NCBI RefSeq assembly: GCF_006345805.1
Contig: NC_043008.1
Coordinates: forward strand, 49,662,001-49,726,000
Length of the DNA stretch: 64,000 nucleotides
Origin: Octopus sinensis
Taxonomy: Eukaryota
Reading direction: 5' to 3'
Shown: piece by piece, positions 13,200 through 24,405 of the stretch
Numbering within the stretch: the first letter of the stretch is position 1
How the letters are laid out: every line of letters starts with the position of its first letter
Position numbers and translations under genes: made by a program
The notes under the pieces: generated by a model
Database searches by the model: none
What the model saw: the letters and a program-made list of their open reading frames with translations, nothing else
What the model was told of the DNA's origin: nothing

Positions 13200-13944
13200 T
13201 TTCCAAAATCTGGAGATAAATAAATAAATAAATAGTTATTTTCCTTACGTTTACCTGACATGGGACCAGTGTGCCAAACCCCGACATAAAATCTGTTACT
13301 CTATCAAGAAATTCAGAGTTCAAATTCCATCCTTGCTGTCGTCCAATGTGTTCAAGTATTGTCCTCCAGCACCCACATCCAGATTAATTCTTATTTAATT
13401 ATCTTAAAGCAGTGATATTGCAGTGGTGTGAAATCATGTTTTGCTGAAGAGATTTCTCAGAATAAGATAGGTGCAGGCATGGTTGTGTGGTAAGAACTTT
13501 GCTTCCAAATAACATGATTCTGGGTTCAGTTCCACTGCATAGCAACTAACCAAGCACTTTCTTCATTAGCTCTGGGCTGACCAAAGCATTGTGAGTGAAC
13601 ACAGAAACTGTAAGCCAGTTGTATGTATGTATATACGTACATACATTTCTCATAACCAAGCTTTTAAGTGGTGTGTGTGTGTGGGGGGCAAACACAGACA
13701 CAAAGACACGCATACGTACCTACCTACATACATGCATGTATATGTATGCAGGTAGGTACGTATGCATGCATGCGTGTCTTTGTGTCCATGTTTGTCCCCC
13801 ACCACTTAACAGCCGGTGTTGGTTTTTTTACACCCCCATAACTTAACGTTTTGGCAAAAGAGACCAACAGAATAAGTACGACAGTGTTCCGGCATGGCCA
13901 CAGTCCAATGACTGAAGCAAGTAGAAGAAAGAAGTTAAGGATAT

Positions 13945-14345
13945 CGCAGGAGTGGCTGTGTGGTAAGTAGCTTGCCTACCAACCACATGGTTCTGGGTTC
14001 AGTCCCACTGTGTGGCATCTTGGGCAAGTGTCTTCTGCTATAGCCTCGGGCCGACCAAAGCCTTGTGAGTGGATTTGGTAGACGGAAACTGAAAGAAGCC
14101 TGTCGTATATATGTATATATATATAAGTGTGTGTGAATATGTTTGTGTGTCTGTGTTTGTTCCCCTAGCATTGCTTGACAACCGATGCTGGTGTGTTTAC
14201 GTCCCCGTCACTTAGCGGTTCGGCAAAAGAGCCGATAGAATAAGTACTGGGCTTACAAAGAATAAGTCCCGGGGTCGATTTGCTCGACTAAAGGCGGTGC
14301 TCCAGCATGGCCGCAGTCATATGACTGAAACAAGTAAAAAGAGAA
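13945..14345 (+). mobile_element. tRNA-derived SINE family A, well-preserved full-length copy
   Basis: Head aggagtggctgtgtggtaag..ggttcagtcccac (A/B boxes), internal (TA)/(TG) tract, tail tgactgaaacaagtaaaa. Other copies at approximately 1465-1825(-), 11545-11925(+), 11975-12175(-), 13470-13925(+), 42370-42575(+) and 63465-63625(+). Confidence 0.85.
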
Positions 14346-16138
14346 AAAAAAAGATATATATATATATATACATACATACACACACACTAAGTTTCTTGCT
14401 GAGCTTGCTACCATCTTAGCATTGCTTGCCATATCTTTGTACATGTCTGGAATGGTTCATACAAAAGAATTATCTACAGCATGATTTCCAGCGTGCATTA
14501 GGCTGTTAAACACCTGTAAAGTAGAAATGTTCGTTCTTAGCTAAGTACTTCTCTTATAGTTATTTAACTATAAATATTCCGTCTGTCTCTAAATCAACAA
14601 CTTTCAAGACTTGATCCATCATCGGTCCATAACCTATGTAACTGGTCTATCTGTTACCTTTGTATTTCTAGCAGTAAACAATGGCAAAAGTACGCCACCC
14701 ACACCTTCATTCTCAACATTTCCGCTGCTATCCGCCCTGGAGCGGCTGCTTTCCCCGTCTTCTTGATTTTTTAACTGTTTACAACCCTGAATCTAAGGTC
14801 CTTCATTTGGTCCCGGGGAAGTGTTCATTGTCTAAAACGTCCTTAGTTTATTATTATCGTATTTAGATATAAGAAAAGTGAGAAATCTACGATAAATACG
14901 GAAGCGCATTGGTTCAAAACGACAGAATAAATACCTTTATGTATCACATACGTCCGTTATGTTCTGAGTTGAAACCCAAACCTCGTCAACTTTGTCTTTT
15001 TTACTTCTGGAATCGAAAAAATGGTTAATGTTTACTTGTGAAATACTGGTATCAATTTAAACGATTAACAAATCGCTAGCCTTTTCATAAAAGCGATCCG
15101 TTCGCAGTTGTATGACGAAATTTTTGAGACTTCATGAAATAAATTGAAATCAAAATGGAATTTTAAAAACTTGTGTTAGGAACGGATTTTTTTTCATGCT
15201 ATTATTTCAGCTTAACAAGTCCTTTCACTCTGTTAAGTGTTGTATTAGCTATTAATCTACTCTTAACATCAATGTTCCGTTGTAGAATGACTATTATTTC
15301 TCCGAAAAGTTATTCAACAACGATCATCGTTTCTTAGGACAGAGAAATAAAATAATATAAAATACGAATAAATGCAATACGAACGAATCTGACATGAAAC
15401 ATTTTCTGAAGAAGTTGCCTCCCTGGTTTACAAAACTAATTGACTTGAAAGCTATTCATTTGTTTATAAATGTAGGGACATATTTAGAAGAATTAAAGAA
15501 ATATATATATAGTGAAGAACAAATCAAAATAAAAAAAAGGAGGGGTTAGTTTCCAGTTAAACATGTGATTTAATTAATTTTGCATTGAGCAAAAGGTAAA
15601 AAAAAATAAAAAGACACAGCAATAGTGGAGAATGTCAGAAAAAACCCCGCCAAAAAAGAAAAAACGAAATGAAATAGGTATTTTACTGCTTTCGTTTCTC
15701 TGCACCACCTTGAAACAAAAACCATTTGATTAACTTAATATATTAGCTTTGCTGAAAACAAGACATTTCTTATAAAATCAAATATCTTGTTAAATTAAAA
15801 ATTAAACAAAAACATAATATTTGAAAGTTTTTGAAAGTGTTATTTATGAATGGCAATGCTATGTCTTTCTCCCGACCGGAGTTAAACTAGATCAAAACAA
15901 CCATAAATATACATAAGAAATTGCAGATTGTATATATATATATATATATAATCTGCAGATTTTAGCTAAATGATGAAATAAGCTAGAAGTAATTAATGAT
16001 TTAGCAATTTTGAATTATTTATTTATTCGTTTCGGCAATTCAATTTTTTTGGCTTCTCAATCGTGGATGGTTTCTTTTGTAACTACGCCGCATTCTCGAG
16101 AAGTTTAGCAGAAAGTTTTTCTCCAAATTATTTTAATT

Positions 16139-17080
16139 ATGACCGAACTATGTGAACGTGGGAGACCGAAAGCTCGGGTAAAAATCGTGGACGAGATCAT
16201 TAATAAAGAAGATCTGATTCAAAAGGAATACACGCTACACGATATTCAGCAGGTAACTAAGGATATTGACTGTACAATTAAATTTCTTGCATCGGTCGGT
16301 TTACTTCACAATTCGGTGACATGTTGCGACCGGGCAATGGGTTTTGTGATTCGTAAACGATATTCAGATGGAAGAGCTTGGCACTGTTCAATATGCAGGT
16401 CTTATCGCAGCATTAGGAATGATTCTTTCTTTTCTAAGTCTTGCATCCGTCTGACCCGCCTTCTTGAACTTATTTATTGGTGGACGTCAATTGAGTCCAC
16501 GCAGTCTGTTGTTATGAATCAGGTTGGTCTTGGTTCAGAGGCCATAGTTAATTGGTATAACTATTTTCGAGATGTCTGTGCCATGTGGTGCATCGATCAC
16601 CCTACGAAGATCGGAGGAGAAGGAGTGAAGGTGGATATCGCCGAGTCAAAATTTATGCACCGCCAATATCATCGTGGTCATTATAAGGAAGGCCATTGGA
16701 TTCTTGGGATGGTGGAGCGCCACAGTCTTAATTCCGTCCTTGTACCTGTCCCTGATCAAAGTGGTGCCACTTTGCTACCGATCATCCTTAAACATGTGTT
16801 GCCAGGCACCTGCATAGTAACGGATGGTTGTCATTCCTATGAAAAGCTTCCAGAATCAGCTGATCACTGTCTTCAGTTCATGGATGCTAAAGACGAAAAA
16901 CTCAACAGAAACACAACAGAAGGGACGTGGAATAACGTGAAGAACAAATATAAACATTTGTATGGACCTTCCGATAATCTGTTCTCGACTTACCTGCAAG
17001 AATTCAGTTGGCGTCGTGTTCACAAAAATAATACATTTATGTCATTCATCTTCTGGATTCGGCATTATTACCCTGTCTAA
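16139..17080 (+). CDS. Merlin / ISXO2-like (IS1595-family) transposase-derived protein, 313 aa, intact ORF, first catalytic Asp replaced by Ala
   Basis: N-terminal zinc ribbon (TCC..M..DG.AWHCSIC..RSIR..SFF). DDE-region motifs GGEGVKVDIAESKF (family V(E/D)IDES), VTDG, TTEGTW and YLQEFSWR. No stops or frameshifts; no TIRs found. Confidence 0.9.
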   Translation: MTELCERGRPKARVKIVDEIINKEDLIQKEYTLHDIQQVTKDIDCTIKFLASVGLLHNSVTCCDRAMGFVIRKRYSDGRAWHCSICRSYRSIRNDSFFSKSCIRLTRLLELIYWWTSIESTQSVVMNQVGLGSEAIVNWYNYFRDVCAMWCIDHPTKIGGEGVKVDIAESKFMHRQYHRGHYKEGHWILGMVERHSLNSVLVPVPDQSGATLLPIILKHVLPGTCIVTDGCHSYEKLPESADHCLQFMDAKDEKLNRNTTEGTWNNVKNKYKHLYGPSDNLFSTYLQEFSWRRVHKNNTFMSFIFWIRHYYPV

Positions 17081-17993
17081 TGATTTATTTTACTGGTAAA
17101 AAGCCATTTTTTAAAATCCATTTCTGACTTTGGCGCTATTTTCGGATTACGGGTCCCGTCCATTTATTGTGATAAACTTGAAAACCATGGAAGATAAAAT
17201 CAAGAATGTAAATAATTTTATCATTGATTACTTTCGTTCTTTCAATGCAAACAAATATTGATGGCGAGGAATATTTTTGAAATTACGCGTAAAAAAACAA
17301 AAACAAGAAGTCCTGCAAAAACAAATAAACTATTTTTTTATATTCATCTAAAATTCGTTTTCGTTTTTCAGTTTTATTTCGCGGGTATTTTATATACATC
17401 AAATGATCACCGGTGCATGCTGTAGTTTAAAGAGGGTGATCTTGGAGTTTAGCGTTTCACTTAGATTTTGGTTAGTGAGCAGCTAATTTCAAAGTGCAAG
17501 TGAAGCAGTTAACAATAGATAAAACAAATAAGGGTAACTGACGCCAAAACAGTTAATATTTTAAAGGGATTGGTAGAATAGGTAGATGAGACTTTTCGGT
17601 ATGTCGTGACGCCCATCTACATTCATGAATTTAAAGACTTCTGAGGTCAGCTTCTCCTTCCATCCTTGAGCTATCGATAAAATAAGTGGAATCGATACAA
17701 CCTCTCCGTAAAATATCGATAGGTTTGTGTCTGGCAATCACTATTATCGTCTTTACGATGTTTATAATATTATGAAACACCCAAGCCTAAAGAATTAAGA
17801 AGAGCTGCGCCTCTGTGTTCCAATAACACCAAAAGTCTTGTGTTCAGGTGAAATAAAATATATATATATATATAATGGTTAAGTCCTATTTTAGCGTACG
17901 ATTAAAAATGGTAAAGTCTTATTTTGGGGTGCAATAACGACGGTAAACTTTGTGGTAAAAAATAATGAATTTGTTGGAATATATATATATATA

Positions 17994-18225
17994 CAAGGTT
18001 GGCCAAAAGTCACCAGGCAGTAAATTAAAACCATTTAATTCCAAGATTTATTTATGTTTACCAACTGAATGAATTTAATAAAAGCATCTCAATATGCAAC
18101 ATCATGAAAATTGTTCAAAGTGAAGTCCTTCTTGAACGACACATTTTCCCATTCGAGTCAATACAGAATTACAAATAGTATTTATGGAATTTTGATTTAC
18201 TGTCGGGTGATTTTGGCCCACCTTG
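17994..18225. mobile_element. Tc1/mariner-type MITE, 232 bp, inserted in (TA)n
   Basis: TIRs caaggttggccaaaagtcacc..cagtaaat and atttactg..ggtgattttggcccaccttg, flanked by TA. Confidence 0.85.
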
Positions 18226-18269
18226 TATATATATATATAATAATATTAATTTCTACCCTCATTATTTAA

Positions 18270-18413
18270 CAAGTAGCTTGCTAACCAACCACATGGTTCC
18301 GGGTTCAGTCCCACTGCGTGGCATCTTGGGCAAGTGTCTTCTGCTATAGCCCCGGGCCGACCAATGCCTTGTGAGTGGATTTGGTAGACGGAAACTGAAA
18401 GAAGCCTGTCGTA

Positions 18414-18497
<84 letters not shown>

Positions 18498-18715
18498 AAC
18501 AAACGGGGGGGTATATATGTGTGTGTTTGTGTGCCTGTGTTTGTCCCCGATGCTGGTGTGTTTACGTCCCCGTCACTTAGCGGTTCGGCAAAAAGAAACC
18601 GCTAGAATAAGTACTGGGCTTACAAAGAATAAGTCCCGGGGTCGATTTGCTCGACTAAAGGTGGTGCTCCAGCATGGCCGCAGTCAAATGACTGAAACAA
18701 GTAAAAGAGTAAAAG
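18270..18715 (+). mobile_element. SINE family A copy, young, with expanded (TA)n
   Basis: High similarity to 13945-14345. Confidence 0.85.
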
Positions 18716-19338
18716 AATATATATATATGAGAGGGTTCTAGTTCGCTTGAGGCATTGTAATAACGAAGAAACTATTCTCTCTTTTTACACACACACACAC
18801 ACACAAGCTTTAGGTCGTATATCTGCGCGGCTAAAAACCAAAGTCAGCGATAAAAAGGATGAAAATAATGACTTTGGGTTAAGTAACAGAATAAGATAAA
18901 TGTTAAATGGTTCCTGTAACTCAGCGAAACGAAGCCAGGTTACACTCTCAGTTTTCATTGACACTATGAATCATCAGCCACGATAAAGTGTTCGAAAATG
19001 CCGCCCTCTTTACAGAATTAACGTTGGCTTCGTTTCAAATTAAGCTGAAATCTCTAAATAACCATCATCGATACCAGCAAAAAAAAAATAACAACGTTCA
19101 TAATAATTGTAATAATATCTATAAATTATAGTTGTTTATATATGATACATAAACATAGTGTATATCCTATGTATTCTGAGATGAAAATAAGCTTATCTGA
19201 ATACGGAAATATAAATCTGTACCGTTTATTTATAATCAGACACAAGATGCTACAAGATACAATTAAACTAATTATAAATTTATGGCATATATTCACAATG
19301 ATTTTATATATGTAATTTTAAGGCAAGTTAAATCAATT

Positions 19339-19420
19339 GGTAGCGTGGCCGAGCGGTCTAAGGCGCTGGTTTAAGGCACCAGTCTCTTCGGAGGCGTGGG
19401 TTCGAATCCCACCGCTGCCA
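19339..19420 (+). tRNA. tRNA-Leu-AAG: tRNA-Leu(AAG)
   Basis: 82-nt GGTAGCGTGGCCGAGCGGTCTAAGGCG...GGTTCGAATCCCACCGCTGCCA, with anticodon arm ctggt-ttAAGgc-accag, long variable arm, and A and B boxes. Confidence 0.97.
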
Positions 19421-19427
19421 AGTGTTA

Positions 19428-19436
19428 TTTTTTTTG
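19428..19436 (+). terminator. RNA Pol III oligo-T terminator of tRNA-Leu
   Basis: Run of T about 7 nt downstream of the tRNA 3' end. Confidence 0.8.
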
Positions 19437-19739
19437 TTTGCGTTATGTTAATTTGTTTCATATGTTCTTTTATTCTTCTACTTGTTTCAGTCACTCGGCT
19501 GCGGCCATGCTGGAGTACCACTGGATCTTTTCCTTTTGAACGGCAGTTTTCAATACAATTTCTAGTTAACTAAACACTTTTAAACTTCGTATACTGGTAG
19601 AATGTGTCAAAATAAAACATTTTTTCTCTTGGATTTCTTGAGAAAATTGTAAGTTGTAAATTTAACGTAGTTTAATTTTTCGAATTTTAACCAATCAATG
19701 GCCTCTATTGAGGTAAAATCATTTGCTGCGTCTCAACGT

Positions 19740-21160
19740 ATCAACGAGAGAACTGACTTGGGATTCGTCTTTACTATAAAGTTTGAGGTCATCCATGAAT
19801 AACAAATGGCTGACGTTTTGTTGGTGGCTTTTGAATGCATACTCAGCTTTTGCTTTCCTCAGAATCAGTCTTAGTACAAAGATCAGTGGGGACAGGCAGT
19901 ACCCTTGGAAGATGCCTCTCCTGATTTCTATTGTCCCTAAACTTCTTCCATATGCTGTCAGTTCCGTCCTCCACTTAGCCATACTTTTTCCAAGCAATCA
20001 CTCAACATTTGATGCAATACCAAAGAGGTTCATACACTCCATAATCCAAGAATGTGGAATTATATTGTACGCCTTATGATAATCGATCCATGACATTGCG
20101 AAGTTAGTTTTCCTCCTCTTGCTGTCTCTAAGTACAATTTTGTCTACCAGGAGTTGATATTTGGTACCTCTGCACTTACGCTTGCAACACTTCTGCTCAT
20201 GTGGCAGGACACCATTTTTTTAACCAGATGTCCGTACATTGACTCTGCAACTATTCCAGTCAATAATTTCCACATAAGCGGCAAGCAGGTTATCTGCCTG
20301 TAATTGTCTACCATATTGCCGTTTTTCGATGTTTTACAAGCACAACACTGTCCTACTCATTGTCAACCAAACTGGTGTTATTTGGTCACCGTTTAACAAG
20401 GTGTTGAGTTGTGCAGCTATTCATGCATGACATTCACCAAATCTTTTGATCCAGTAGCTTTGAACTCCATCTGGTCGTGGGGCCTTCCAGATGCCCATTT
20501 TTTTTTTTTTTTTGCTGATTTCCTTCACTTCCCAAACTGAAATGATTAGTTCTGCCTGTTTTGGACAGACTACTGTTTGTTTCAGTTCTTGCAACCATTC
20601 AGCATCCTTCTTGTGCTCCTTGTCTTTGCTCCAGATGTCACTCCAAAACCTTTCACCCTCAACATTGTCTGGTATCAACTTTTCATCTGTACACTCTCCA
20701 TTTATTTCTTTGTAGAATCTCTTCTGATCTACTCTGAATAACCTATTCTGCTGGCATCCCTTCATTCTTTGGTCGTATCTTACCATCTTTGCTTTCTTTG
20801 CAATGAAGCACTGTTTCAGTTCCCCCATTGCTACTTTCAGGCCCTTTCTTTCAATATCACCCTTCCTGTCCAGTGCTCTGTTTCTCGTTCCCTTATAAGT
20901 TCTCCCTTCTTCTTTTCAGTCTAACACAGAAATGTCCTTCGAGAACATATCCAACCCCGCCTGTATTCTTCTTTTCCACCATGGAGCTTTTCTTTTGTCA
21001 CTCCCATTATATTTCTTTTACTTGATTTCTTTTACTTGCTGCCTTGATCAAATTATTTGTTTCTGTGATGTTTCTTCTGATGTATTTCAGAATTTCATTG
21101 ACATTATTCGTTTCTTGATTCAGTTTCCACTGATCAACCTTTTTAAGGTTGCAAATAATG
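19740..21160 (-). mobile_element. R4/Dong-like (RLE-type) non-LTR retrotransposon fragment, N-terminal region plus RT, degenerate
   Basis: QNRLF.VDQKRFY, FWSDIW, KAP.PDGVQ.YW, RRGIFQG..LSPL and HLLFMDDLKLY motifs typical of R4/Dong RTs. Confidence 0.8.
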
Positions 21161-21195
21161 TTGCTTTTATTATTATTATCACCACCACCACCACC

Positions 21196-21241
<46 letters not shown>

Positions 21242-21249
21242 CCATCATC

Positions 21250-21470
21250 ATCATTATTATTATTATTATTAGTAGTAGTAGTTTCCTTCCATTATAACTT
21301 TATTTCAGCTGCCTTAGTACCAGGCATCTTCTGGAGGCCAAGAGTAGCAAGGGCAGTTTTGTTTTGCTCTGCACACTAAAATAATCACCACATTTATTCC
21401 ATATTAGATGGAGAATGCTTTCTGTAGTATATGGGGTGTTCCCATCAAGGGAATCTTTTGTAGTTCATGG
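21250..21470 (-). mobile_element. 3' end of an R4/Dong-like element with (TAC/TAA)n tail
   Basis: The minus strand encodes QKIPLMGTPHILQKAFSI* (recalled R4/Dong C-terminus QK..L.GTA.ILRK), then a short UTR and a trinucleotide tail. Confidence 0.6.
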
Positions 21471-22059
21471 AGATTGGAGTTACCAGGGAGTTATTATTAC
21501 TATTATTGAATGAGAGAGAAGAGCATGCCATCAAAGTGACACTGGGGTAAACTATATGAAGCTCAGTATACCCATCATGACTACCTGTTGGATAAGGGTA
21601 CACCAGGTACATGCATCACAACCATATGTGCATGACATAGTGATCTTATATCAAAATAAACACTGCATGACCCTGAAGGTGGGGCCCAGTTAGAATTTTC
21701 TTCAGGTCAAGTAGCCCATCCCACTCAAAAGGTGCCTGAATAAGAGTTAAGGATATTGAACAAAACACTCAGGTTTCCAAACGTGAATTATTCAACCCCC
21801 AAAGAATTCCTCTCAACACATGGCTGTGATGCTCCCCCATTACTTCTGCTCGTGATCAGAGATGCACATATCATCAACCACCAAGGGACTTGCTCAACCG
21901 GTTACGGTTAAGCAACTGACAAGCAAATCTGTGGTATTGAGCAGAATATTTGCTGTAGCCCATCTTTTATGCCAACACAAAACAATGTACATGATAACAC
22001 TTCCAATCAGTTAAGATCAGCAGCCATAAAAGCCACTGTCTGGTACTGCATTAGAGCAT

Positions 22060-22163
22060 TTATCACCATCACCATCATCATCATCACCACCATCACCATC
22101 ACCATCACTATCATCATCATCATCATCACCACCACTACCACCACCACCACCATCACCATCACC

Positions 22164-22223
<60 letters not shown>

Positions 22224-22272
22224 GTCGTCGTCATCATCATCATCATCATTCATCATCATCATCACCACCACC

Positions 22273-22350
<78 letters not shown>

Positions 22351-22386
22351 GTCGTCATCATCATCATCATCATCATCATTATTATT

Positions 22387-22415
<29 letters not shown>
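22060..22415. repeat. Compound trinucleotide microsatellite (ACC/ATC/GTC/ATT/AGC)
   Basis: Directly visible; it gives spurious poly-H/T/I/M/D ORFs. A similar tract lies at 21165-21285. Confidence 0.97.
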
Positions 22416-22417
<2 letters not shown>

Positions 22418-22979
22418 TTTCGTCTGTCTTTGCGTCCTGAGTTGAAATTCCGCCAAAGTCGACTTTACCTTACGTCCTTTAAGGGTTCGATGAAAATAAG
22501 TGCAGAATGAGTACTGGGGTGGATGTAATCGATTCATCCCACCCCGCAAAATTGCTGTCCTTGTGGCAAAATTTGAAACCATTGTTATTATGAAGGTGGC
22601 GAGCAGGCAGAAGAGTTAAGCACGCCGGACACTATGATTAGCGACATTTCACTCGCCTAAACGTTCCAAGTTCCAATTCAAAGGTCGACTTAACCTTTCA
22701 TCGTTTTGGGGTCGATAAAATAAAGACCATTCAAGCAATGGGGGTCGAGGTTATCGACCTTCTCTCCTCCCTCAAAAGTGAAGGATTATTATTTCGACGA
22801 TGACGATGTATTCCCGCATTTAATATACTGGAAGTGGCTTTTCTTTTACACTTTTGCTCACAGACGCCTCGTCCCATTTTGTTCTCCATACGTCAATGAT
22901 AATTATTCTAAAAGTGTATCGAGGAAACATTAGCGTACCAAATAATATTTTAAGAATAAAATATTTAAAAAAAATGAGG

Positions 22980-22987
22980 AAAAAAAA
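22980..22987 (-). terminator. RNA Pol III oligo-T terminator of second tRNA-Leu
   Basis: An A run on + (T run on -) about 7 nt past the tRNA 3' end. Confidence 0.8.
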
Positions 22988-22994
22988 GTTAAGC

Positions 22995-23076
22995 TGGCAG
23001 CGGTGGGATTCGAACCCACGCCTCCGAAGAGACTGGTGCCTTAAACCAGCGCCTTAGACCGCTCGGCCACGCTACC
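22995..23076 (-). tRNA. tRNA-Leu-AAG: tRNA-Leu(AAG), identical to the 19339 copy
   Basis: Exact reverse complement of the 82-nt gene at 19339-19420. Confidence 0.97.
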
Positions 23077-23409
23077 TCTGCGCCAGCTGACAAAGATATT
23101 ATAACTTGTTTCGGTAAAATGTGTCTGCTCTTTATAACAGCCGTCACTTATGCCTTAGTCAAATGTGGAACCAAATCTGATAAGAGGATATCGAGTTACC
23201 TCCCCGTAGACATCTTCACTTTGTCGGTCTCACCTTACTGTTATTACCTCCTACCACAATATCATACTGTTGGTACCTCCCCCTCCCGTCTCTCTCTCTA
23301 CTCCTGCTCCCACTAAACATTCCTCTCTTTATCTTAATACCTCCCACCACAGCTGCACATTATTTATTTATTTATTTACTCACAAAGATGTCTTCTTTCT
23401 TTTATCGTC

Positions 23410-23830
23410 TGACTTTTTTATTTGTTTCATTCATTAGACTGCGGCCATGCTGGGGCACCCACTGCCTTGAGAGAAATTTTGGTCGAACGAATCGACCCAC
23501 AGCACTTATTTTTTAAAAGCCTGTTGCTTATTCATTCGGTCCACTTTTGCCGAACCGCTAAGTTACGGCGACGAAAGCACACCAACGTCGGTTCTCAATC
23601 ACGGTGGCGGAAGCACGCACGCACTCACGCGTACACACGCACTCACGCGTACGCACGCACTCACGCGTACGCACACACTCACGCGTACGCACGGACTCAT
23701 GAGCACACACACGCACACACACAACGGGCTACTTTCAGTTTCGTTCTACCGTATCCAATCACAAATCTTTGGTCGGTTCGAAACTATTGTAGAAGACACT
23801 TGTCCAAGTTGCTGAGGGACCGAAGCTGGA
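23410..23830 (-). mobile_element. SINE family A copy with an internal 18-bp minisatellite
   Basis: Reverse complement is colinear with family A; the microsatellite slot is replaced by gcactcacgcgtacgcac repeats. Confidence 0.75.
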
Positions 23831-24044
23831 ATGCTCAACGCCTGCACATGTTCCTTACTCGGAAAGGTTTACGTTGTCGCTTAAATCATTAGGGATGGTC
23901 ATGACCTCACATACAAGACATATTTAAAGTTCTTAATTAGAATCTTTTCGGTTTGTTTTTACGAATTTTTGTAGCAATTATGATGCAAGATATTTCTCTA
24001 ACTCCATTTATATCGCAGTATACCACGTCTGTATAATATTTATA

Positions 24045-24405
24045 CAAAGGTGAACACCGTTAATCGAAAAGTTAACCGTTAACCAAAAAGTTAACATCGT
24101 TAACCGTGAATCAGTGAACTCTTTAAAAATGTAACGGAAATTATCGATAAACCGTTAACGTTAATTTTTTTAATTATAGAGTAAATAAAATAACAAACAA
24201 AAAAGAACACAGGTTTTGCTTTAAAACCAAATAAAAATAATTTTATTTTGTGTCAAAACTATAAAATCTGTTAACTTCAATGGAATTAAAATTAACTCAA
24301 ATTAATTAGTCCGAAAATGGTTTCCAAAGTTAACTTAAAAGGTAAATCGTTAACGGAAACGTTAACTTCGTTAATTAACAATTAACTGTTTGGTGCCCGG
24401 GTTTG
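24045..24405. mobile_element. Probable hAT-type MITE with clustered subterminal GTTAAC motifs
   Basis: About 10 GTTAAC/GTTAA motifs concentrated at both ends of an AT-rich core; termini ggtgaacacc and ggtgcccggg. Confidence 0.4.

Noticed and set aside
13255-13400. Extra ZMYND15-like exon immediately upstream of 13209
   Set aside because: It would need a 45-nt intron, and the phase-compatible frame has nearby stops; left unresolved.
13945-14020. SINE heads as tRNA genes
   Set aside because: They have A/B-box-like motifs but no complete cloverleaf, and continue into the SINE body in many copies.
15400-17500. Terminal inverted repeats or 8-9 bp TSD around the Merlin ORF
   Set aside because: None found by eye, including no GGTACTACTT match. 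A computed inverted-repeat search is still needed.
21969-22418. Poly-His/Thr/Ile, poly-Met and poly-Asp/Gly ORFs
   Set aside because: They are translations of compound trinucleotide microsatellites. The same applies to the many YIYI/VCVC/THTH ORFs elsewhere.
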